Assembly: GCA_002633005.1 (NCBI GenBank)
Contig: NMRA01000216.1
Span: 610,473 to 674,472 of the forward strand
From: Phoronis australis
Lineage: Eukaryota > Animalia > Phoronida
DNA length: 64,000 nucleotides
Direction of reading: 5' to 3'
Shown here: piece after piece, positions 13,601 to 24,400 of the stretch
Numbering within the stretch: position 1 is the stretch's first letter
Layout: the number at the start of each line of letters is the position of its first letter
Made by a program: the position numbers and the translations under genes
The notes under the pieces: model-generated
What the model was told of the DNA's origin: nothing
Seen by the model: the letters and a program-made list of their open reading frames with translations, nothing else
Databases searched by the model: none

Positions 13601-16600
13601 AAACCAACTGAAGAAATAGATTACAAAACTGATAACTATGTGGAAAGAAAGCAAAACTTGTCAATTACACAATGCATGTATTGCTATACTCTGGTCTTGC
13701 GCTGTAGACAACCGAAAAATATAACGGGTGCTTGAATGAGTGTCCATTAGGTTATGAAGGATCCTATCTAGAATCATCCCAAATTTTGCTACATTCGCAA
13801 CACCTTATTTCAGAACTGAGAGATCGGAATCAAATAAAACTTTCAGATACTATGCTTTATGCACTATTTTCCACAACATCAATATGAATTGCTTTTAAAA
13901 TGTCCCACTTTTGTATGAGAAGCTATAAAAACTGGACCAAAACTCTGAAGTTACACAAAACGAAAAAGAAATGATAATTTAGATAACTGTAACAGCATTT
14001 CTGACATTTATCTTGTACATTTATATTAAAACAGAATGAATCTGGTTATGTTATTAATAGTATTTGCTATTGATGTACATTCCTTTCTTTGCTAAATTTT
14101 AGTAAAAAAGACACATTCATGTGAACCAAATAATGGAAGATTGATAAGAAGTCAAAAACTAAAATCCTACAAACTTTCTACTTTCACATAATGTGTAGTT
14201 TTAACAAATTAAAATCTATATTTTTGTAGACACTAAATACGCAAACTTGTTGAAAATGTCCAAAACACAGCTGAGTATTAAACAAATTCTGCAGCGCTTG
14301 CAAAAACTATTCTTAACCACAATTTTAGTCGACACATCTCAAATAATAAAAAATAATCTGTACTTTTAGCATTACAGAAAAATAAACACTTTACAATAAC
14401 CATATAAAAACGAAAATTTTCCTGGCAGTCTTAAAACATTGGCAACTGATATCGCATCCAAACCTCCAGGGGTCTGTTTCAGGAAAAGTAACTTAAGACT
14501 TAAGAGAAAAATTTGGCCTTATGTTCCACACAACTAAAAATCAAATTGTACTTGAGCAAAAGTGCAAAGTCTCTTTGTATATACACATAACTCCTAGTTA
14601 ATGAGATAATTTCTAATATAATTTATTTCTACACTGTGATGCACTCATAAATACTCGACTAAATATTTACTTAAAAAATTGTGAATTGGGAGCACAACAC
14701 CAAATTTCTGTCTAAAGTCTTTTAAGTCACTTTCATGAAACGGGAAACCAGGGACATATCATAACAACTATACCTACCTCTCTCCAAATAAGACTTCTTG
14801 TTGTAAACTACCTGCCAACCCAGGTCAGCCATGATAAAGATTGGAGCCACCCTTCTACTGTTCTTGTAATGGAACTTGTCTGGAATGTCTTCCTTGTAGT
14901 ATACATTGATATGGGGAACCTTTTTGAGCAGTTTGTACACAAGCTCCTTCTGACCTGCAATGAAGAGAGGAGAAAATATAACTAACATTTGGAATGTATA
15001 ATACAGACTCAATTAAAAAAATTTTTACTCAACGAAAATGGGTTCTACTATTTTCTTATGACTTGGAATGTTAGTCACAGTGACAGCCATTTATGGCATA
15101 TCTCGTTCAAGCAGAGCACCCAGCTTTCATCAAAGCAGTTCAGACAGCCCCAAGTCAGATGGAGAGATGACATCGAGAAGACAAGAGGCACAACGTAGAT
15201 GAGAGCGGCAAGAGACAGAACAAATTGGAAGGCATTGTCGGAGGGCTACATCCTGCAGTGGATGGACAATGCCTAGAGTCAGAGTCAGAGTCAGTTCACT
15301 AAACGTGCTAAGTCATCATGACCACCTCTGAGATGGAACTTGATATTATTTTGGACATTTTCCATACACTTCATTACAAACTCAAAATAAATATAGACAT
15401 TCAGTGCTCAAAAACATTATGGTTTACGCAGATAAGAACCTAGCACACATTTGTACTTGATGAACCCTAGATTCATGCTTCAACCTTGAGATTGCGCTTA
15501 TAGCTTTAATGCTCTGGCCATCAAGTGCAAACAAGAAATACCAGACATTTGTCCAAGTAAAGTAAATCAATACGTACTCGAGCACAGTATAATACACTTA
15601 CTCGAGTTCACACAAAAGTAGAACAGAAAATGTCAAACATGATTTCAAGTTTGATTATGAGTATAAAAATTAGACTGTAGGCCATGGAATTTACTTCATC
15701 AAAAGGGACTTACTTGAGTGCAAGTCAGAAATTCCATCTTATCCGCCGCACAATTGTATTTGAAAAATAACTGAATCTCACTTCAGCAAAGTACGAGCCT
15801 ATGCGAATATACCCATAACGGCTAGTTCATTCCGGCACCAGTACCGTTGGATATGAAGTCCCGTCCACACACAGCCAACCCGAGGACAACTTGCACTAAT
15901 GGCAACTTACCCCACATTTGAGTGGAGCGTCCACACACATATATCTGTGTAAGGTGCAAGCTGTTGCTCTAAGCGTGACAATAAACACCTAATGCGACTA
16001 CGGCACGCAAAAGAAAACCTCCCTGTATTTTTCAGAAGCTAATAATTATCTCCGCCCTACCCCACTTTTTGCAGCCACACAGCGATTACAAGTGGCGTAA
16101 GTTACTCTAGACCAAGTTACCACCTCAGTAATGTGGAGTAAGTTGTCACAAGTGGGCTAAGTTGCGCTACTATAGCATCCACACAGCACTCAAACCCATA
16201 GCCGCAACTCTTCCAGGAGTAACTTGTTCTAGAGTAAGTCTGTGTCCGCCTGGCACTAAGTTCATCTAATCCCCTACGTAGCCCAGCTTTACAAAGAGAA
16301 TGTACAATTTGACCCCTAGGCACTATATGCCTATACTTCACTAGCTTAGTAATTGTATTCTGTTGACTAACCTCAAATAAAACTAGTAATTTAACCTGAT
16401 GGTTTAATGTAATGGGCACAATTTTTCACTATAAAATCGTGGTCATATTTTTTGGCTCGTGGAGAAAAATGATGCAAAACCATACCTCACACGATTTTTT
16501 GATTCTTTCACGTTAATTTACAGGCAATGGTGAGAGCATTGGTAGACAGAAAATAGTCCTTAAATATATTCATCTTAGCAGAAACCAATTACCATACAAA

Positions 16601-19600
16601 TCCAGATAAGCCAAGGACAGTTGACAACAGTTAGTAATGACTTTCTGCTCCTGAATGTGTAATAAGGTTTGGGTAACTTGCCTTGAAAGCTATGGGTGTT
16701 GAGAGGAGCAAATAAAATCAGATGATTGTTAGTGTAAATTGGTACTAAACTGTGATATGCTAACAATAGTGTGAACTTTTCACATTGGTGCTCTCTAGAG
16801 TAATGAGAGCGCGATAACCATTTCCGCTTGATCTCAACTTAGATTTGTTGGACAAAAATTCACAGTGGTCCATTAATCTAAAAACAGAGGAATAAATCCC
16901 ACAGTCAGTCCCCGCAATGTTTAATATAGCTTAAGTTCACTAATTTATTATTGCGCTACCACATCAGCTGGGATCAAAATTCTCACGCTTTATCAGTCGC
17001 AACCTTCACTTCACAAGGCGCAGAATCTTCTTCACAGTGGGATATGTACGGAACGTGATGTCCGTCATCAATGGATATTTCAAGAGTTTTGGCTTTTTCT
17101 TTAAGTCATTAGTACACCCCACCACACAGCAGTGGAAATTTGCTGGCTTTATAATAAAAGGAAAGGCATTAAAATGCTGTTCATACCAGAAGATTGAAAT
17201 ATCCAGTCTGCATTACACGGGATCAATAGGCAGTGCTGAGTGCCTGTCCACCAAAGATCTGATGGCCATCAGGTGTGACATTGAATTTCAATATAGTGCA
17301 TGCAGCTATTACAAGTCAAAATCTTTATTTGATTAGAGCAGGAATATAACACAAAATTTCTGGCTTAAATTAAGTGTCACTTATCATAAAACAGACCTTG
17401 GTTGAAAGTTTTTAATTTTGTTGTAAGACGTTTTAAGACAACTGCAACAAAAAACAAAATCTAGGGAAAATCAAAGAGATTCAACAGTGCTCAATTCTGA
17501 ACACAAACATCACTTTGTATGTCAGTAAAGTCCTTCACTATGATGATACATATGTAGCATACGATAATGAAGGGAAATTCAATATGGATTATGAATGTAG
17601 TCATCAGACACAGACAACAGGCTCTCTGCAACAGCTGTGAATTACATTCTCAGTTGGCAGTCAATGAATGGCCATTGTTCTATAGTTCTCTATAGGCACA
17701 CAGGTCTCCTGACACAAAAGGCTTCTGAATTTGCTGGCTACATGATCTGTGCACTTGTACAATTAATAAGAAATAACATACACTGAACTACAGCGTTTAT
17801 TAAAATGTCCTAGCAGTTTTTCCCACACTGGTCCAAATGAATTTTTTTTTACAAACAACTTTGACTTTAATTTTTCAAGCTTCAAGCTTACTCAGCATAT
17901 GTTCCAGAATGGCAAGAGTCTGACCACCGAACATTAGAAACTCGGTCCATCTCACAACACTTTGTACTTCATTTAATTGTACATTTTTCTCTGTCAAGAG
18001 GCCCAACAGGAAATCAGATTTTAAGCTGTGTAAGGGGTTTTCCCTCGCTAGTCGCCAGTGCTATTGGTTTCTGATTCACCCTAATTAGTGGCTCGCCAGT
18101 TGCGCCATTATTTCCAACAGCGCCACTTACTCAGTTATAACTTTTATGACTGCCTTATTCACAATGAGAATTTCAACCTTTAAATCAGTTTTAAAAATTA
18201 CAACCCCTTTGGTGTGAACAGGGTATAAGGTCGTATTGTGTGAAATTAGGAGAATTATTACAGTAGCTATGTCCTCACCGCAATAAAACATTGGCTACAA
18301 TAACTAGATATATCGTGGACTAAAGCTAGTGATTTTTCGAACGGCTTAGCTTCTGAAATTGAATTCGTTATAAAAAATTTAGTTAGGAACATTTTTCCCA
18401 AAGAAATATGATAAAAATTAGTCAAAAGAGAAATGCATGACTTAAGTTCTCTGGTACACATTGATGAATGTTTATAGTACTGCAACTCTTTGGAAGGTGT
18501 GATGGCAGATCGACTAAACGAGCACAGGGAGGCTCATCAATGGATTCGATTGATACCTGGATCTAGCCTTCTTTGCAGTTGAAACCAAAGGGAAGGTTTT
18601 TCTAATGAATCAGTTTGACCATACTCTTTACCATACAAGGATGTCATGCACTCATGCAAGTTGAACTGATTGCTGAGCTGCTTTGACTCTTCCTTGCATT
18701 TAAGCGGACAGCTGACATGGAACAAGACGATTGTAAGTTTGCCTTATATCAATTGCATTTACACAGACATTTGTATAAAGTATTTTTTGCAAGATGTGTT
18801 GGGACAAATGTATGTTAATTATAGCTCATATCCAGTTAAGAAATAAGGGTCAACACAATGATTGTATCATCTTTATAACTTTGTGCTGTTTCAACAAACG
18901 AAATGGACAGGTGGAAGGCTGTTATTTCCATCAAATAACATGAAACACAACTGAAGGATCCGATTGTCTGACACAACATTGGGGTAAAAAAATAAAGACA
19001 ATACAGCAGTCAGGGACTGGATAAGAGTGACTGTCCAATGCAATTTCATATTATTTTTCTAATTAACTATGTTTAAGTGCCTGAAATCTCAAAAATTAAA
19101 GTTAATATAACAACACCATAACAAAACTCAAAACAGTAGAAAACTTTAAAGTAATTTAATTACCGTAAGATAGGAATATAACCCAGTGTTAAACAATGCC
19201 TAAAATTTGATTTCTTAATAAACAAAAGCTAAATGCCTAAAATAAATAAACAATGGTTTAATATTAATCACGGAACAAGAAGGGGGTGCAGCCAGGGACC
19301 CAGGGGTCCGTTCCAACAAACCTTAAATTTTAGTAAATTTTAAAATAAAAGTTAGATTTGTCTCAAAACCAATTAAAGAACGAGATCCTAAGTTTGACTT
19401 AAGTGTATGACCTAAATTTTGTCTTAATTTTGACTAACTTTCCAAGTGTGGAAGTTTAAAAGTTTGGAAGTTAAGACAAATCTTAGACTTAAGTCAAAAA
19501 TGAACTTAAGTCAGTTTCTTGGAACAGGTCCCAGATCTCTCTACAAGGTCACCTTTATATTACTTAGGAATCTCAAGAACCAACTATGTTCATCTTTTGT

Positions 19601-20587
19601 TGCACCCTTGGACAAATCCTGAATTTGTTGAACAACAGCCCATAAAACTCTTTCTTATAGCAGTTAAAAAGGTAAAAAAGCTTTGCTGGAATAGCTTTAA
19701 AAGATTTCTATGAGTGATACGTTACCTTTTTTCGGCCATATATTTTTGAATGGTGTCCCATCAGTAGTGAAATATAAAGCTGGCGAAACATAGTCATCCA
19801 GGTAGACTGTATTATTCTCTCCGTATCCCTCCATACCATGGTCACTAGTCACTATCAGGTTAACTTTGTCAAGCAAACCAAACTTTTCCAGCTCATCCAA
19901 AAGATATCCCATATATTTATCGCATTCAATAATTGTCGCTTTCATCTGAGGTGAGTCTGGACCCCACCTGTGTCCTGTGCTATCTGGCTCGTGATAGTAT
20001 AACAAACCAAGATTAATATTTTTCTGAGTGAACCACGACGTCACTGTATCGGCACGGTCGTGGAATGGAACGGAACCATTGTAGTGTTCATAAAACGTCG
20101 GATGCACACCTCCAATGGGTTTCTCACAGTCACTGCCTATCCAGAAATATGATCCCGATTTGTGACGTTTTGCCTGCAACTGGTTGGTCACCCATATCGG
20201 TTCTCCACTAAACCAATCACAGTCATGAGCAAGTTCATGTGGACTAAAGGTCTTATTCCATACAGGGTCATACATAGCGTTGTTGACAACACCATGAGAC
20301 TCTTCGTACAAACCAGACACTATGGAATAATGATTAGGGAATGTCTTGGTAACAAATGCATTCTTAATCCATTTTGCTCTCACTCCATTTTTATAAACTC
20401 GGCCAAAATTCGGAGTTGGAACCTTATCAAGGTAGTCCCACCTGAAGCCATCAAACGAAACAATCAACAGTTTTGGATGATTGCAGTTTAATGCTCCTAA
20501 ACTTCCTCTATCAATCACACTATTCAAACAACTTGGTAAGAGGCACACAAAGGATACACAGACATATTTCCACATAATTTCATACAT
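10456..20587 (-). CDS. ENPP4: Ectonucleotide pyrophosphatase/phosphodiesterase, ENPP4/ENPP5-like type I membrane protein (~491 aa)
   Basis: Exons 20587-19726, 14954-14778, 11977-11729 and 10643-10456; all introns are phase 1 and the total is 1476 nt. Features: signal peptide (MYEIMWKYVCVSFVCLLPSCLN), LLIVSFDGFRWDY, catalytic TKTFPNHYSIVSGLYEESHG, Zn-ligand motifs EPDSTGH, TSDHGM and GDHGW, a C-terminal hydrophobic helix and a short acidic tail. The ENPP4 versus ENPP5 assignment is uncertain; it may be a co-ortholog of both. Confidence 0.9.
11556..11668. mobile_element. Short palindromic MITE / long hairpin
   Basis: Inverted arms of ~46 bp: TAAGCAATAGTCGAATATAACATGCCTGTATTTTGAGAACCAGTTT and AAACTGGTTCTCAAAATGCGAGCACGTTATATCCGACCATTACTTA. 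Confidence 0.7.
13750..14260. mobile_element. Degenerate copy of the Kolobok-like MITE family
   Basis: GGTTATGAAGGATCC start and the shared internal motif CTTTGCTAAATTTTAGTAAAAAAG...GAAGTCAAAAACTAAAATCCTAC. The right boundary is approximate. Confidence 0.45.
15143..15291 (+). mobile_element. 5'-truncated RTE-clade non-LTR retrotransposon 3' end
   Basis: Translates as RQPQVRWRDDIEKTRGTT*MRAARDRTNWKALSEGYILQWMDNA*, typical of an RTE ORF C-terminus. Has a (GAGTCA)n tail and flanking direct repeat CAGTTCA (15136-15142 and 15292-15298). Confidence 0.75.
19294..19531. mobile_element. PIF/Harbinger-like MITE
   Basis: Imperfect TIRs GGGTCCGTTCCAACAAA and TTTCTTGGAACAGGTCC, a CAG 3-bp target duplication, and internal CTTAAG-rich inverted motifs. 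A related end occurs near 14468. Confidence 0.55.
19726..20587 (-). CDS. ENPP4: ENPP4/5-like coding exon 1 (signal peptide and most of the catalytic domain)
   Basis: Lies within ORF 19697..20713. Donor AAG|GTAAC at 19725; possible acceptor GTTCAG just upstream of 20618. Confidence 0.9.
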
Positions 20588-21059
20588 AGTTATGGAAAAT
20601 TCAGTTACTTTTTGTCCACTGAACAACACGCATTTAATTGAGAGCCCTTGGGATTTTCTTCTCACAAACATGAAAAGTCCAGGAAAAACACATTTGTTGC
20701 TGGCGAATATCACAGCAAATATGATTCAGCCATGGCTCCAGTCAACAACGTCCAGGTCACAGTAACTACTTTATGATGAAATAACTGATGACCTCGAGTC
20801 CTAGAAGTCAGACGAGACTTCAAGCATGGACTACAATCTAGGGTTGAACTAAGCAAATGTTTTCAGCTGCCTATTGGCACTCACACCACTAGAGTCATTA
20901 TACAGCAAGCTCACAAAACCCAGCTATAACCAGAGAACGACAGCTGACAACCAAGTAAATGAAAATGTTTACAAACGCAGGATTCATGAACACTCAATTT
21001 CAGTCAATATAACCAAGAAAACGGCTCTGTTTCTACCAGCATCCGTCATGAAATGTTGC

Positions 21060-21482
21060 ACAGAGACCCGGAAGTATGCGAAAGGTGATGAAGCAGGAAA
21101 TCATTGATAACTGAGTGAGTGATTGATCATCAGTGGTGCCTGGTGCCGTGGTGGATGGCACTTTTCGCTAACGTTCGCCAGTCATTTGAAGGAAGACGAG
21201 GAGTTGAGTAACAGTCCAGTTTTCCTGAGAAACTGTTTAATGTGACGCAAGAACATAACATTCCAACAGGAACAACACGTCAGCTGAAGATGTTCGCCTT
21301 CGAAGACTGACTGAAACGACGACAGATCCACCTGTTAACCCGGAAGTGATATGCGGGTCACAACGGACAATGACGAACTGTAGGCGGAAAATTACGAGTC
21401 CACGAATGCCCTCTTGCAGCAACAATGGAAACTACCTGTCGAATGTTGTGCGCATGTACAATTTCCCTGGTGACCAAACAAA
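21060..21482. promoter_or_regulatory. Putative bidirectional promoter between the ENPP4/5-like gene and AK9
   Basis: Locally CpG-rich. ETS/GABP motifs CCGGAAGT at 21068 and CCGGAAGTG at 21340, an X-box-like ATTTCCCTGGTGAC at 21461, and a YY1-like AAAATGGCGG overlapping the AK9 ATG. Confidence 0.6.
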
Positions 21483-21494
21483 ATGGCGGAGAGT
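21483..21494 (+). CDS. AK9: Probable AK9 first coding micro-exon (MAES)
   Basis: AAAATGGCGGAGAGT|GTGAGT: strong Kozak context, consensus donor, and phase 0 matching exon 24012. Confidence 0.7.
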
Positions 21495-24400
21495 GTGAGT
21501 GTTTTTAATTTTTTATTTATCTTGGATATGAACGAATTTGAACGTTTTAGGAAGGTTTAACACTTATTTAAAAGCACAAAAATGTCTAATGCATAGATTT
21601 GAGTTAATATATTACTTTCTAACTTGGATTTTTGCTGTTGTTGTGTTGATTCGTAAACTCTTAATCCACGTTGAATTCCAAGTTTGACAAACACAAAGTG
21701 TCAACCACTGGCACTGGCACTGGCACTGAACAAGTGATAGCCTTAACCTGTTTGCCTGTTTTATGTTCCATTTGCTTAATTCCGTGCATGTTTGGTCCGT
21801 GCCAGCGATTGTTCATATTCAATTAGGCCGATGTAAACCAAGCATCCTGATAATAATATCCTTACTTACAGCTATCACTATCAGACATGACACATGGTCT
21901 TGTCTTGTCTTGTCTTGCCTTGTAAATCGCTTTAGTTATTTAGTGCAGCACCGTGCTTCAGACATATAATGTAGATCTGTGATATACAGTCTATATCAAA
22001 TATATGATCAAATCGAACAGTGCTTGAATTGCACAGAGTCCATGGTTACATACAGCCATACAGGAAACGACATGAGCCTGGCCGCAATGGGTGGTGGAAG
22101 ATTTTTCTGCAAATTATGCTTCAGCCTTAACCTTGGCTTAACCATCAAAGTCACATTGCAATAAGCAAATAAGGGACATCTCAACAGGCCATCGTTGTGT
22201 TTGAATCCTTCCAATTTGAACAAATGCTACAGGAATCAAGATGTCAATTCACTCGTCAATAAACTAGTGAACTCTTCATTTTGTGATAGCATTGGGAGTC
22301 AACCAATCACTAATGGGCTACACTGGTGATCCTCTATTATCGATAGTGCTGGAAACTTGGCCACCAAGATCACTACAACAAGGGGTGTATTCGAAAGAAC
22401 TCTTATTATCTGAGAATTTGAATTGCAGGAATTTGAAGACAAAAACAGCCTTTGAAGTTGTCTTTCTGTCCTTGAAAAATATGTATAGCAATGTAACTTT
22501 GTTGGTTAAGCCAGTGTATGGCTTAATTTACCAAAACAAATTTCCAGCATGCAGAGAGCCTTTGGCATGGCCACCTCTTTCTGAGATGGTTCACTGACTA
22601 CCTTACCATAAGCTTGAAGCTTTGATGTTTCATTGTTAGTGTTATAAGTATTTTACGTAATTGAGGAATGATTGTTGCTCTCGCTTGCGTCTCTGGCTGA
22701 GAGGGACACTGGTTAAATGTTGATCAATGGTTGATCAATCTAGATGCATTGTGTTGACACAGTATTCAAAATTCAGTAGGTTCCAAATAACAAATTCATG
22801 GCAGCTGGTTATACTGCATTTGCTGTGCAAATAGTTCACACCGTAGTTGGAAATACAACAGAGTAAAAACTGCACAGTAAAACATTTAGTCTCTGACAGG
22901 ATAGGTTCTCTTGAAATGTTTGATTTTGATGCTGGTATATTCGCACCGTCATGACATTTCTTAATATGATCGTAATATGGACGTGTACAGTTCAATATTT
23001 CATGCACAATGCGATTGTGATATGTATGACATTTATCTTCTAATTTCAGTGTACTGACTTCCGACCAACCCAAATTCTAACACATATTCTATCCCCGTAA
23101 TTAAAAAGGCCACCACTTAGCTTGGGGCTCAGTTATATTACCGAGATTGAGGGAAGCCAGTCTATAATAGACTAAGGTTGTGAGACTCTGATGATAATAG
23201 TTTTGAACAGAAAGTAGCATGTGTTAAAATGATGAAAGAACTGCACAAAATTGCAATAGCACACTGAAATCAAAATATCTTTAGTGTTAGTATGCAAGAC
23301 TGCCCATGTCTCCAGTTGGAATGTGAGTTCACATTCATAACCTCCTTCCACTTCTTCAACACCGAGCTTCATAATATAGAAGATACTGGTGTCACTAACA
23401 CGCGTACGGAGTAATTTCTCATGTCCAAAAACTTTTGATAATAACAATGTAGTGGCTTTCTCATGCTGCTCTTTGCCATACTGTAACGTGGATAACACAG
23501 TGTCTTGTTGGCTGAAGACACTATGTACTGTGGATAACACAGTGTTTTGTTGGCTGAAGACACTATCGTACTGTGGATAACACAGTGTCTTGTTGGCTGA
23601 AGACACTATTGTACTGTGGATAAAACAGTGTCTTGTTGATTGAAGACACCATTGCACTATGGATACACAGTGTCTTGTTGGCTGAAGACACTATTGTACT
23701 GTGGATAACACAGTGTCTTGTTGGCTGAAGACACTTATGTACTGTGGATAACACAGTGTCTTGTTGACTGAAGCCTCTATTGTACTGTGGACAACACAGC
23801 GTCGTGTTGACTGAAGACACTATTCCGTTACTTTACAAATATACTAAGGCAAATTTGATAAGCATCTTGTGCAGTGCTAACTGTATTCAGACGAAAATAA
23901 AACAAAAATGAAATGTAAGGTGCTGGCAACTTATGGAACTTGGACAGAAAAATGCATGTCATAAATTGATGGGAAATTATTTTTTTACATTTTGTGTCTT
24001 CGTTCTTTCAGAGCAATAAAGATATTGACACGGGTCAAGGTGACCCCTCGGTTAATACATCTAAAACAACAGTCAACAAAGATGAACCCATCTCTCAGAC
24101 CCTGATAGAGGAGGCTGAAGCCAAGCTAAAGAATAAAGACATGGATCCTTATGATGATGATTTGGTAAGGAGGTGAAAGACTTGTAGAATGTTTAATAAC
24201 TTTTATAATTAGATAGTAAGTATGCTCTTTTGCTAACAAAACACAGTGCTGAAATGTTAGATACCAAGTTTTTCACCTGATTTGAATATTTTTTTCAGTT
24301 GTCTAGGCGACGATGGATGTTGCTTGAAACGATGTCACTCTTTTTTATTTTTATGTTGAAATAGATTTTGCCTAGGAATGTTCTATGAAGTATTTGGGTA

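Noticed and set aside
20588-20713. N-terminal 42 aa of the 338-aa ENPP ORF
   Set aside because: It begins at a non-ATG codon and spans a likely splice acceptor; the signal peptide follows the ATG at 20587.
23172-23820. ORFs of 63-161 aa over the minisatellite
   Set aside because: These are by-products of the tandem repeat, with no splice or homology support.
23488-23824. CRISPR-like array of palindromic repeats
   Set aside because: The units are directly adjacent with no unique spacers, there are no cas genes, and the context is a eukaryotic intron.
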